DNA of 64,000 bases from Takakia lepidozioides (taxonomy: Eukaryota; Plantae; Bryophyta), in assembly GCA_030704615.1 (NCBI GenBank), contig CM060733.1, positions 66,340,001-66,404,000 of the forward strand. Direction: 5' to 3'. Each line of letters opens with the position of its first letter. The first letter of the stretch is position 1. The translations under genes and the position numbers were made by a program. The notes under the pieces were generated by a model. It made no database searches. It saw nothing but the letters and a program-made list of their open reading frames with translations, and had not been told where the DNA came from. Positions 1 to 12,230 of the stretch are shown one piece after another.

Positions 1-255
1 GTTCCTGTCAAAGGCTCCTCAACCGATGGTCTTGACTCACTGCTGTCAATTGTTCAGATGCCAAGAGGTATTCCAGTTGCAACCGTAGCTATTCAAAATG
101 CCACAAATGCAGGGCTGTTGGCCGTCCGTATTCTTGGATTGACAAGCCCGGAATTGGTAAAGAAGATGGCAAAATACCAGGATGACTTGAAGGAGATGGT
201 GTTGGAGAAGGCAGAAAGGCTGGAGAGAGTGGGCTGGCAAGTGTACCTTAAGTGA
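1..255 (+). CDS. purE: Phosphoribosylaminoimidazole (AIR) carboxylase, C-terminal PurE domain; 5' part lies outside the window
   Basis: Frame 1 reads [46 protein letters not shown]..., the [18 protein letters not shown] PurE signature; stop at 253-255. Confidence 0.95.
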   Translation, partial: VPVKGSSTDGLDSLLSIVQMPRGIPVATVAIQNATNAGLLAVRILGLTSPELVKKMAKYQDDLKEMVLEKAERLERVGWQVYLK

Positions 256-1139
256 GCCTGCAACGCGAGCCCTTTTGGGCGTGCATAGACATTTGATACT
301 TGTCCAATTCACCAAGGGTAGAGAGGTGTCAAGGTGGAATATGCATATGTTCTGGCAACCTGTCCTTCCAAAGTTTTGGTATGGACTGGGAAGATGAGAG
401 ACTTACCCAGCATATCAGTCTTATGCAGCTAAGGGTTTAGAGCTTAAACCCTTTCTGGATTTGTGCATAAGAGTAATATGCTGCAAATGTCTCTCATCTT
501 AGTCAGAGCAGATTGCTCTGCTGCATTTTTTAAAATGAATGATGAACAATGCTTGTTTGAAACACACATTATTTAGCTCCACAGAGCACCTGAAGCTGGA
601 TAGCGACCACACTAAGCAAAGGGTTTCCAGACCGCAAAAAACTTTTACAGATATGTCAATTTCTTCACATCTTATCAGTTCATGATACTTTCTATGATAC
701 ATGAGAGATGAGGTATGCATTTTTGAAGGGTACTTGAGAGTGCTCGATTGTTGTAGTATTATGCTTTACTAGGGCTAATACTGAAAAACACAGTACAAAG
801 TTGTTTAGGGTTTAGGGTTCACAGAAAAAGCCTGTACCCAGTTCTATTTGGACATAGGAAAGGTTGCAGAATTACTAACCATCACTGCAAGAATGTCAAC
901 TTCAATTGGCAAGAGCTGTGTTCGGTCCTTGAGGACACCCTCAACTTTGAAAAAGCCTGTACCCAGTTCTAGCTGTGCCACATCTGATCTCCATGCTTCG
1001 AAGCTAGCTGCAATCTCGACCGCAGGTGCTTTCAATCACACTGTCTTACAATGGTGTTAGCAATGGCATAGAATCCCTGAAATGGGGTATGGGTTGTGCA
1101 GCTTAAGTTGGAGCATCACCCTTAGGCGGGCATCTATTG

Positions 1140-1970
1140 ATGATTTGTGCAGAGGCAGGGATAGCTGAAGAAGCAGGGATAGGGATAGAGTGTGGGTGCA
1201 GATTCATCCAATGCGGCCATGTTTCAAGCACAAATTACATGTGCAGGGCGACTCAAAGAAGCTTTACAGCCTTTAAACTAAGGAGGCATTTCAAATACTT
1301 ATGTCTGTCTCTTGCATAAGTGCATCAAGATGAAGGGCCTGGAAGCTGGAAAGTAGGTGCACGGAGCTCACATTTTCCAAAACGGATTCAAGCCTAACGT
1401 CGTTTTGATGCACAACACCCTTGTCAACATGTATGTTAAGTGCGGGAGCATCGTGGATGCTCATGACCAAGTGTTCAGCAGAATGCCTCAACTATCTTTG
1501 ATCACGTGGAATATAATGTTGGCAGGATTTACCAAGCATGGGTGTGGTAGGAATGCTTTGGAGACCTATGAGCAAATGTTGCGTGAAGGGGTGAAGCCCA
1601 ACCACATCGTTTGTTTGTGTTTGCAATGCGTGTGCAAGTCTGAGAGCCCTGGAAAAGGGGGAAGAGGTCCATGGTGACATCGTCAAAGCTGGAATTGTAC
1701 CAGATGTCATTCTGAACAATGCCCTGGTGGACATGTATGCCAAATGTGGGTGCATTAAGGATGCGAAGGGAGCTTTCAACACTATGGCTGAACGAGGTGT
1801 GGTGTCGTGGAATGCGATGCTTGCACAGTATGCACAACAAAGACATGGTATGGAGGCTTTGGAGACCTATGATGGGGGAAGGGATGAAGCCCGACCACAA
1901 CACGTCTATGTGTATATGCAAAGCGTGTGCAAGCCTGGAAAAGGGCAAAGAGGTCCATGGTGACATTGTC
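1140..1970 (+). pseudogene. Degraded PLS-class PPR gene preceded by an OSB-type PDF-motif-like exon
   Basis: Frameshifted PPR motifs (NTLVNMYVKCGS, NALVDMYAKCGCIKDA, VVSWNAML, GKEVHGDIV). 1140-1240 matches the PDF-motif exon repeated at 28320-28460, 29935-30090 and 30505-30650. Cut abruptly at 1970. Confidence 0.8.
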
Positions 1971-3053
1971 TGGAAATATGGATTTTTCAGAGAGTTCGCC
2001 CGGGAAGGAGGCATCCTGAGGTCGCAGGACTTCGACAACCAGATTGGTGGAGAGGAAGCTATGAAGCGGATGATGTACAGGTATGTAATTCCATTACCTA
2101 TTTCCTTTTATTTCTTTGTCGATGGATGCCACAGATGATGCTTGCGGTGGCGCAAGAATCAAATGGGGCTGCTAGACAAGTGTACCAAGTGCATGGATCT
2201 TATGATATCGCAGAGTTAGGGATGATGCTTGAGGCACCACAAGCATCTCCAGCCTTCCAATACGCAGTGTGTTGGGTGGTCATGGATGATGCTTGAGGCA
2301 CCACAAGCATCTGCAGCCTTTCGATACCCAGAGTGTTGGGTAGTCATGGATGATGCTTGAGGCACCACAAGGCTCATCTCCGGCCTTCCAATACCCAGAG
2401 TGGTGGGTAGTCATGGATGAGGCTTGAGGCACCGCAAGCATCTCCGGCCTTCCAATACCCAGAGTGTTGGGTAGTCATGGATGATGCTTGAGGCACCGCA
2501 AGCATCTCCGGCCTTCCAATACCCAAAGTGTTGGGTGATGATTGTGGTGCCGTAAGCATGTTTGGCTCAGTGTGTAACATAGATTTGGGTAGGCAGGGAT
2601 GATGCTTGCGGCACCGCAATCAAGTCTGCCACGGCAATCACCAAGGTTGTCAGAGAATTTGCGGTGCCGCAAGCATCTCAGGCATTTCCGCCAGTCCACA
2701 AAAGTGGGATGTGGTCTGAGGTTCTGGCAGCTAGAAGTCTACATTTCCGCTACAAATGATGTTTGCGGTGCCGCAAGCATCAAACTAGGATCTGTTTTGC
2801 TTAATTCCTTCTTGTGCTCCAGGATGTTGAGTCACAAAGCCTACTTTGTCTTCCTTCTTGCAGGATACATTTACAAAGTGCTCATTCTGGGGAAGTTCTT
2901 GAGCGGGTACCCGGATTTCATTGACACATGGGCAAACCCCTCTGCTCCGAAAACTATGTACACGGCTGGCATTTTGGAGGACTGGTGCAGGGCTCATTTT
3001 AAGGATTGTGGGTGGTACCTGGACCTCCCCAAGGACCAGATACCGATAGAGGA
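1971..3053 (+). pseudogene. Two-exon fragment of the transposon-borne MTase-family gene (paralogue C)
   Basis: Exon 1971-2080 (FFREFAREGGILRSQDFDNQ...AMKRMMYR) resembles 14270-14366 (FFREIPHARRSHEFTDQ...AMRLLYR). GT at 2081, AG at 2862-2863. Exon 2864-3053 (MYT...W...HFKDCGWYLDL) resembles 15072-15240 and 23265-23425. The splice phase is off by 1 nt, so it is degenerate. Confidence 0.7.
2136..2782. repeat. Intronic tandem array (5 x ~64 bp, 2220-2540) plus flanking dispersed copies of near-palindrome GATGCTTGCGGTGCCGCAAGCATC
   Basis: Units begin ggatga(t/g)gcttgaggcacc(a/g)caag at ~2220, 2284, 2348, 2415 and 2479; further palindrome copies at ~2136, 2600, 2658 and 2758. Confidence 0.9.
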
Positions 3054-4187
3054 TGTCAAGTTATTTTATCACTAGTGTGAAATTAGCTAGGAAATAGTTA
3101 CTTTTGATATATTGACATTTGGGATTGACCCAAGTGCCAATCCAGGGGCCAATGTATGTTTGGGCACCTAGCGTGGTTATCTTCACGGCAGATCGCGGTG
3201 AGCTCATCTTTCTCGAGTTGAGCCTCACCGCGTCTAGCTATGGCGCCGTAGTATGGATTCCCCATGGCGTGGGGTGCACTTGGCTCAACTTAATATATGA
3301 GTGATATTTTCATGTGCAAGTGTGTGAGTTTGAGAGAGCTTGTGTGCATGTATCCTTCTTGTTTATCACTCGGGAAAGCTCAGCTCGAGTCTGTGAGTGC
3401 CAAGTTTGAGTTAGTTGTAGCACTTGTGTTTTCAGATCATGAAAAGCGGTTCAGCCTAGAGTGCAAGGATCCGTGCATGAGCCTATCCAAAGCGGAGAGA
3501 GTGCGAAGGCGAACAGGTTGCAGGTTTGCAATGGATAGAAAGGCGGTTAGTGTTGCATAGCTCAACGCTATGACAACTAAGTATGCCGTTCAGTGTGAAG
3601 CGGAGGAGATGCTGGCCACGAGTGGGCGAATTGTGGTCGTCTTCTTCAGCTGCAGGCCAAGTTAACGAGCTGCAGGAATGTGGGCTACGCATGGGAAGCT
3701 GGCGTGTTGCAGGTTGGAGATGATATGATCAGCTCCAGGTATTTCTGCCCGAAATCAGTTGTTGCGGGTAGATGAGGAGCAGCCGAATAGTGGAGCTACG
3801 AGGGGATGCATCGCAGTTTGTTGGGAGCTTCAACTCCAAGCTCATGAAGAGATAGGAGTGAAGAGAGAGGGCTCGTCCATTTTGTGTGCAAATCAGTGCA
3901 CTTTTGCGAAGCATGTGCCGAGTTGGAGTTTCAATCTGAAACACAGTAGTGTAAGGGCTCTTGGAGTGGCAAAAGCGGGGCTGGAAGGGCAACAACGAGG
4001 CGCTCTAGAGCCAGGGGATATGCATGAGAAGTGCAGGTGCACCAAGGCTGTAAATGAGTGTATTTTCAAATTCGTTTTTGTGAGCTTCATGAAGAAATTG
4101 AGCTTGTTGGGCATCATATTGCTTGCTTGTTGAGTTTGGGGTGCCTCTAGTGGGCCGTGAGAGCTCAAGAGAGCATGGCATCAGATC
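3054..4187 (+). mobile_element. LTR (TG...CA, 3054-4175) followed by a tRNA-iMet-type primer binding site; coding region lost
   Basis: Starts TGTCAAGTT and ends GAGAGCA; then TGGCATCAGATC (10/12 match to TGGTATCAGAGC). The first ~370 bp are similar to 54983-55400, which also starts TGTCAAGTT at an insertion junction. Confidence 0.7.
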
Positions 4188-4329
4188 TGGGGGCTTCGCG
4201 GAAGCCATAGCTGGTGGGCAGCATGTGCAGGAGCAAACCCCAGCTCGGGGAGAGCTCGGGAACGCGTGGGAAAGTCCCGAGAACGATTGGGAACGCATGG
4301 GAACTCATCCAAGGAACGCAGGGAACAGT

Positions 4330-4620
4330 GGCCGTGGTCGTGGCCGTGATGGGCCGTGGGGGCGGTATCACGAGATACCACGAGCCCAGGCCGTGACTGT
4401 TGACCGTGACTGCTGACCGTGACCATTGACCGTTGACCGTGACCGTGGGAAACCGTGGTGCGGACACCACGGGTGGGCACGGTGACCAGATCGTGGGAAT
4501 GGCGGGCCGTGAAGGCTCGTGGGCGTGGTACCATGGGGTATCATGGGGCAGCCCGTGGCCAGCGAGCGCCTAGGGCGGGCCGTGAGGAGTCGTGGCGGTT
4601 GGAGCCGCGGAAGGCCGCGA
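4330..4620 (+). repeat. GC-rich low-complexity region of (GA)CCGTG motifs in the retroelement leader
   Basis: Many ccgtg/gaccgtgac units directly downstream of the PBS. Confidence 0.6.
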
Positions 4621-5726
4621 ACAGGCAGAGTGGGAAAAAAATAAAAAATAAAAAATAAAAAAAATTCACTCGTTTTGTGGGACCTAGATGGGGAGGCTGG
4701 GCTCTGAAGAACAACGGTTTTGAGCTAGCTGATCCGGCAAAAAAGTCAGAATTGCCTCCCTGTTGCGTTTTAACAAAGGGGGTTACCTCCCTGCAGGTAA
4801 TCTCTTGGGGTTTTCAGCCCAGTTCTTAACTATGGGGGAGACCAGCCTGCAGGTAATTCCTTTGGGCAGAATGTTGTTGGGGCCTATATGTACCTCTATT
4901 TGCTCCATTTTTTAACCTTCAGTGGATGGCGTGGTTTCCTGAGGTGGTTCCATTCTAGAGAATGGCTGGTGGACATAAGGAGGCACTGGCGGACCCTGTG
5001 GAGGCTTGCATGGGGCCTTGGAGGCCAAGTTTCATAAGCTCGTGGAGGGCGGTTTGAGGAGTGTCTACAGGATGCTCTCATGGTCATGCAACTGAGAGAA
5101 GAGAGGAAAAAGATGGTGTTGGGATGAGAGCGTGCTGGGGATAGGCATTGCTTTAGCTTCCCTTCCTCGAGGTCTTATGAGTACATTCTCTCCTTTCTTT
5201 TCTAGCACATTTACCACATCTGTTTTGAGCTGGAAGGCATTGGTGCCAGTTTTAAAATCAACCTCACACTTTGGAGTGTGCATATTGTCATCAGATATGC
5301 CAGATTGTTGTTTGCTGTTGCTTACCACCATTGCCAGCTTGGGTTTGGTCTGGTATTCCCTGATGGGCTCGGAGTGAAATACCCTGAAGGGCGGGCATAC
5401 ATTAGTCACAGGCAACAAGCTCTCTTTTTGGGGGTCAGCTGGAGTTAGTCTTGTCTCATGTGGAATCATTGTTTTCTCTGGGTCTTGAGCCTCTCATTTT
5501 GGTAAGTAGTCCCCAATTTGGTACACATGACACCAGACCATAACCATGTGCATCTGCCTTTTGAGCACTAGGCTAACATCCGGATGCCTCTCCTCTCCAC
5601 AAAATCCCTTACTCTCTCTTTATGGCACTTCCTAATTTGCTCATCCAGAATGCTGAAGCTCCATGTCTCTCTTCGCTGCAAACATTCAAGGGAAGGAACC
5701 CCTGCTACTTCAACACTGGAGTCATG

Positions 5727-8003
5727 AGTGATGGAAGCGGTTGGCATCCCTTGCAAAAATTTCTCACCCAGCAATCTTTGAAATGAACTTGGTGGCAGTG
5801 TGACAGTCCCCACATACCCTAAGGTTCTTGAAGATGCGGAGGGGTGTACCAGGGGGTGTGCTGATGAGCCCAAACACAATTTCCACTTTCTCACTGTGGT
5901 GGAAGAGAGACTATTCCTTCTGCTGCTGATCCACATTGTGCAAGGCAAAGTGAGTGTCAGGCACATATCCTGCCTCTTTCATGTCTCTAACCAACCGCTT
6001 CAACTCTGTATAGATCTCCTCAGTTTGTGGGTGTGACCTATCTTCTGCAAAAAAATGTATGTACTCTGTTCTTGACCTCGATCCAGCTGTGACCTGGCTC
6101 TTTTTTCACATTTTTGTCCACCATTAATCTTCTCACTTTTGCTACATCCTCCCACATGCCAGCCACAGCATAGATGTTTGACAGTAGCACATAAACGGTG
6201 GGATCTGGTGGTTGTAACTTGAGAATACACTCAGCAGGACGCTCTGCTAGCTCCACGTTGCCATGTAGTCTGCAGGCACCAAGCATGGCTCCCCACACTG
6301 ATGCATCCGGCTCAAATGGCATTTTTCTGAGTGTCTTTTCTGCTTCATCTAAGTGGCCTGCACGACCCAGGAGGTCGACCATGCAGCCATAGTGCTTCAG
6401 TGTTGGTGCATACCATGTTCTTCGCTCATGGAATGGAAGTAGTGATGACCTTCGTCCATTAGGCCAACATGGCTACATGCAGAGAGAACACTGATGAAGG
6501 TGACCTTGTCTGGCTTAACCCCTTCCTACTGCATTAGTTCAAATAGATGGAGGGCCTCCCTGCCATGGCCATGCTCAGAATACCCTATAATCATTGCAGT
6601 CCATGAGACCACGTCTTGTTTAGGAATTTCATCAAACACTTGCCGAGCATCTGCCAAAGTCCCGCACTTGGCATACATGTCAACAAGGGCATTCCCCACA
6701 CAGACATTTGAGTCAAATCCAGCTTCAACCACATAGGCATGGACTTGCTTGCCCTCTTCCAGCAGCCCTACCGTGGCACATGTATCGACGATGTTGTACA
6801 AGTCACTTCATTGGGGTTCTCACCTTCTTGCTGCATTCGCCAAGAGTTTGAGAGCCTCATGACCCTGTCCCTGCTGGGAATATCCTAAAATCATTGAAGT
6901 CCATGACACCACATCTTTTCTTAGCATTTTGTCAAAGACTTGTTGTGCATACACCATGCTCCTGCATATGGAATACATATCGATGAGGGCATTTCCCAAA
7001 CAGACATCCAGACCAAATTGACCGTTGATGATGTGGGCATGGAGCTCCTTGCCCTCTTCCAGTGCTAGGCTAGCACATGCATTCAGGATGATAGTGAAGG
7101 TGACCCTGTCTGGCTTCACGCCTTCTTGTTGCATTTGCCAAAAGAGTTCTAAAGCCTTGCCACTATGCATATTCTGAGCTAATCCTGCAAAGATTGCATT
7201 CCATGAAACCACATCTCGTTTGGGCATGGTGTTGAACACATGGCATGCACCCACTACACTTCCACACCTTGCATACATGCTTACAAGGGCATTGCCCAGA
7301 CGGACATCTGGTTCAACTCCAGCTTCACGAATGAGGTTGTGGATCCAATTGCCCTGTTCTAAATCTGCTAGGCTGGCACATGCATTGAGGATGCTGGTGA
7401 AGGTGATACTATCAGGCTTCACACCTTCAAGTTGCATTTGTCGAAGAAGTTCAAAAGCCTCTACAGTAAATCCATGCTGAGCACATCCAGCAATCATCGA
7501 AGTCCATGAGACCACATCCCGTTCAAGCATCTTGTCAAACACTTGGTGTGCACCCACCACACTCCCACACCTGGCATACATATTGACAAGAGCATTCGCA
7601 ACTGCAATGTCTAACTCAACCCCAGCTTTGACAATGTGAACGTGCACCTGCTTGCCCTGTTCAAAAGCTGCCAGACTGGCACATACTTTCAGATCAGGCT
7701 TCATTCCTTCTTGTTGCATTTGTTGATAGAGTTCAAACACCCTTCTCCCATCCCCTTGGTTAGTATAGCCTGCGATTGCCGTGTTCCATGAGACCAAATC
7801 TCGCTTGGGCACTTTGTAAAATACTTGGAGCCCATCCACCACACTTCTGCACTTGAAATACATGGTGATGAGGGCATTGCTCACACGGACATTTGACTCC
7901 AGTCCAGCTTGGAGGATGTGGGCATGGACTTGCTTCCCCTGTTTGAGAGTTGTTGGGTTTGCACATGCATTGAGGATGTTGATGAAAGTGACCTTGTCAG
8001 GTC
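5727..8003 (-). pseudogene. PLS-class PPR-E-DYW RNA-editing factor pseudogene (PG-box type)
   Basis: P/L/S motifs in ORFs 6820-7884 and 6526-6801. E domain and PG box KEPGHSWIEV in 6038-6382. After a frameshift at ~6050 the DYW domain reads DRSHPQTEEIY...GYVPDT...HSEK...[18 protein letters not shown]...RDANRFHH, with two in-frame stops and no terminal DYW. Confidence 0.92.
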
Positions 8004-8698
8004 TTTGACATTTGGCGATCGCTGCTTACAGAAACTTCAGACACAAGTGGAGGAACAAAGTCCTTTGGATTGAAGGTTTGTTGAATCCTCCTTGGGTGAA
8101 AGCAGAGCTAGCTGCCATGACATAAGGTCAAGCACAATCTGGTGATTTTTTTTCTATTGCCAATGTGCACCATGGAGCTGCAGCAAGCATACCATGGGTA
8201 TTGTGATGATTGAGAGGTGCTGGCTCAAACGAAAGAAATTGGTTCAGTTTATTATCAATATAAACAATGGCATGCAATTTGTAGCTGTCAGTATGTAGCA
8301 AAACCTCTTTCATGTATCTAGGAAGTTGTGGGTTGTAGTACAAAGGTCTGTCAACTATGGTTTGTCATTGTCAACCACTTGAGGTGACTGGGGTTGTGGA
8401 TTCAAGTGTGTTCACACTTGAAGGTCTGATATCACATGTTGAAATTGACAATGGAGCATCTGTGGCACAATACACAACCCACAGCCACTGCAGAAGGGTC
8501 TAATGAGGAAACATAGCAGTCAGGTCCAGTACTTCAAAGCACAGTTGCATGAATACAAGTATGAGATACAAAAACATCTGTCAAAAATGTCAGAGTTGTC
8601 TCTTTAAACAAACAGAGCAACTTGAATATGTCACATGCAGCTTGTTCTGTTCTTTGACTGCATATTCTGTATCTTTCTAGGCGTCATCCCCTATATCC

Positions 8699-9661
8699 CT
8701 AGGCATCATCTTTCTTCTCAACTAGCTTTCCAAAATGCGACACCATGGTGCGCTGGTTACTTGAAGCTGCCTGATCTGTAGCAAAGGTTGCTCTAGTTTT
8801 TTCAACCTCAAATTTAAAGATGTCATCTTGAAGTTGAAAAAATTTGGCAAACCTGTCCATTCTCTCCTTCCTATCCTCCTCCATATTTTTGAACAAACCT
8901 TCATTCCCTTCCTTGAAGGCCTTGAGTAGATCGGCACTGGCTGTGCTTCCCTTCTTTTTCTTACCCGTCGAATTGGTAAAGGGTGTGGGAGAGGTGTTGG
9001 TATACCTCTCCCGGCCCATCACTGGAGGCCGACCCCGTGCAGGAATCGGCGCCTCATCATGCTCTACCCGCACATGGGCCACCCCATCCAATGATGGTAG
9101 AGCAGGTGCAGCCTCATTATTAGCATAGGGTAGTACTTCCTCCTCCATATGAGGCAACGATGTATCTATGTCTACAGGGGACAAAGGAGCAACAATTGGT
9201 GTTACCCTCATGCTCGTTGATGTCACTTTGGGAGCGTTGCACGCACGCTCAGCCAAGAAGTTCATGTCCTCAAAGAGGTCCCTGGCGAAGGACTTCGGAA
9301 GTCCCAACGCCACGCGCTCATCAGAACTCATCATGAAGTAGTCTTGGTTGCCGGTGGCATTGAGTTGGTGCCCCCGGATGTCTTTGTACTGCTTGCACAA
9401 ATGCTGCCACTTGGTGGTGCACCCAGCAACGTCCCGCCCACTCACACCCTGCGATTCCAACAATTCAACTATCCTCTCCCATTTTACCTTGTCGCACGTC
9501 ATGTTGCCACGCGCATTGGAGGCCTTCCAAGCCTCCCACTCATGGCGCTTTGTGACAGCTAACACATGTACCTCCATAGCCGTCTAGTTCTTGTCTCTGG
9601 CTCGCTTTTTGGAGCTCACATGGCCACTGCCGGTGCTGTCAGACGTTGTGGATGCAGACAT
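8699..9661 (-). pseudogene. Trihelix/GT-like Myb/SANT DNA-binding protein, transposon cargo; one premature stop
   Basis: ATG at 9661: MSASTT...KKRARDKN*TAMEVHVL...KWERIVELL...RDVAGCTTKWQHLCKQYKDI...YFMMSSDER..LGLPKSF. TAG at 9584-9586 sits where the first conserved Trp is expected. Confidence 0.8.
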
Positions 9662-9704
9662 GGTGGACTTTGCTACGCCCCCCAACCCCCCACTTTCAGC
9701 TTCC

Positions 9705-10630
9705 TTCAAACCCCGGACGGATATTCGGCACCGAATATCCAACAGGGGACGCCCGGATGAAGTCGCCTCGGGCGGAGAGGACGGCACCTGTCCGACAGAG
9801 AGCATCCCCCGGATGGAAATTCGGCGCCGAATTTCCATCCGGGCCCCATCAAAGGAAGTCCGGTCGGGTGGTGAGGCCGAAAACTGGACGATATAAAAAC
9901 CTCCCAGGATGGAAAAACGGCGCCGAATTTCCGTCCGGGGCCGTTCCGATTTCCCTCTAGCAGTCAAGGAGTCCATGAAAAACGTGTCTAAAAGTGGACT
10001 TCAGCCACAAAACTAACAGTTTACTGTGTTTTTCTCCGAAAAACCAAGCGGCCACGCTCAGAATTACCTGCAGGATGGTAATTCGGCGCTTAGACTTACA
10101 TGGCGGATGGAAATTCAGCGCCGAATTTCCATCCATCCGGGCTCCGAATTACCTGCATGACGGAAATTGGCACTTGAAATTACCTGCAGGATGGAAATTC
10201 GGCATCAGATTTAGGGTACGTATCGAGGAAGCAACCGCGGAATCCCTGTATCGCCAGCCCGAATCAAAACGGACGGCGGTGGACATTTAATGCCCAACTA
10301 CGCAATTAAATGTCGGATGAAGCCCTCCCTGTCGGATGAAATGTGACGCAACTCGGCCCCAAATTTCCAACGTAGAGGCAATTCGGAGCGCGGCAGGATG
10401 GGAATCCGGCGCCGGATTTCCATCTTGTAGGTAATTCGGAGCGCGGATAAATGGAAATCCGGCGCCGGATTTCCATCCGCCAGGTAGGGCGGCGCGCGAA
10501 ATTTCCGTCACGCAGGTAATTCTGCGCGCGGATGGATGGAAATTCGGCGCCGGATTTCCATCCGCCAGGTAGGGCGGCGCGCCAAATTTTCGTCATGCAG
10601 GTAATTCGGAGCGCCGCAGGATGGAAATTA
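9705..10630. repeat. Palindrome array type A (GGAAAT[T/C]CGGCGCCG[A/G]ATTTCC) interspersed with GGTAATT/AATTACC motifs
   Basis: Perfect 36-bp palindrome at 9808-9843 and about ten variants to 10630; second copy at 61830-62915. Confidence 0.92.
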
Positions 10631-10735
10631 AACTTGGATTAACTTCTATTCGAGGCATGTACCCCAAAAAACTGAGATCTTTTTTCTTTTTGGCTGGGAC
10701 TTATGTCGCCTGAAGGGCAGCAAAAAGAGGTTTAG

Positions 10736-12230
10736 TCAGACGGATAAGAATAACATGAACTCTGGTGGTTGCAATGGTATAAAGGCACCTCCACGGAGCA
10801 AGCTAACAAACACCCTGCTCAGACCCTGCACACTACAACTTCCTGGCAAAAATAACCCTTCTAAAAACCAGCCAGGCAAAGCAAGGAGCCATGAATGCAT
10901 GCCTGGGGAACCACGTCCTGCTGCGATGATGGTGCCGGGGACAGCCCACTCCTCTTGCTCACCTGCAATGAATACACATTGCAACGCTTCAAGAAGTGTA
11001 TCCATAAAGGAAACCAACCAAGTAAGTTTGCGGAGAGGGGCTGGGAACAACCATACCTTGGGCGCTGCCTCCTCATGCCGGGGGGGGAATCTGGAATGCT
11101 GCCGCCGTAGCACTATGGTCCTAGGCGCAGGACCCACCTTCTTCACATTCGACCCCATTGCCACTCCCTGTACATGTGGTCCCTGCAAAACATATAGTGC
11201 CAGCCTTGCGTGAGAGGGCATCCGGGGGGAACAAAACAAACATGGACTTTGGCGTCGATGTCATGTTGCAAACAGTAAGGTTAGTTTCACCTGCATGGGC
11301 GCAGAAGTACTTCCCCCAACGACCCCATCCTCTCCCACATTCAAGCTGCCAGTCGGGGTCAGCTTCCGCGTGCTTGTGAAGACACGCACATCCTTGGAGC
11401 AAAACAAATCTTGGCAGTAGGGCCAGACTGTTTCTAAAAGGTAGTCTGAATCGGGCCCCTCACTGACATTGCCAGTGACATCAAACGACAATGGATGTTC
11501 AAAGGGGAGTTCCCCCTCCCCTTGTGTGGTGAATCATCCACTAGGAGGGTGTTGGATTCATTAAATCCAGAAAATTCCGACCACACCCTCGACAGTCTCT
11601 TCTGTAAGTTCTGTACGGCAGGCCCTTTTGTGGGGTGTGGCTCTGTCAAGGGGTCACACTCCTCTTGTGACCACACAAAGAGGGGAGAACCCTTGACCCC
11701 TTGCATCACCACTTTGAAGATGTCTGTAACATTCCCCTTGGAAGCACAGGACCATATCCCAACGTAGAAATACCGGAAGAGAAGGTTTAAAAACTCGCAG
11801 ACCTGGGGCCTTGGGAAAACATACTTGTTGGTGGTCAACACCCATGGCCAATGACGCCTCGGGTTGGGCTGAAAGTTAGGAATAGAGTGGCACAGGATCC
11901 CGTTCAAGTCTAGAACAATTAGTTTCGACTTTTCTATGAAAGGAGCTTTTGAAGGGCTGTCACGGGGTCTCACCTGAGAGAGACCCCACATCCAGACCGC
12001 GGCGGAAGTTGAGAGCTTTGTACTTTGGACGATGGCCAATCTCTCGCATGGCCAAACTAAAGCTCCAGCAGGAGATTCCAATGTCTTGCTCACAACCCGC
12101 GCCAACTGAAGCCGAGTACTCTCAGGCAAGCCACTTCTGCTTTCGCTTTGTTCGCTTTTGCTTTTGCTTTTGCTTTTGCTTTCGCTTTGTTGTTTCGTTT
12201 TGTTTTCGCATCTTCATCCTAGCATCGCTG
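10736..12230 (-). pseudogene. FCP1/NIF-family (HAD) CTD-phosphatase-like gene, DLNG variant, transposon cargo
   Basis: ORF 11434-12129: KLIVLDLNGILCH...RPQVCEFL..LF..FYVGIWS.A...LFVWSQEEC...K.LSRVW...NTLLVDDSPHK. Frameshift near 11490 and probable further exons to ~10736; gene ends are approximate. Confidence 0.8.

Noticed and set aside
804-817. Telomere repeat TTTAGGG x2
   Set aside because: Only two units; too short to indicate a telomere or fusion site.
2220-2540. CRISPR-like appearance (palindromic repeat with regular spacing)
   Set aside because: The spacers are near-identical rather than unique, there are no cas genes, and the array is in a spliceosomal intron.
5065-5720. Minus-strand ORFs downstream of the DYW pseudogene
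   Set aside because: No motif recognised; cannot be supported as a gene.
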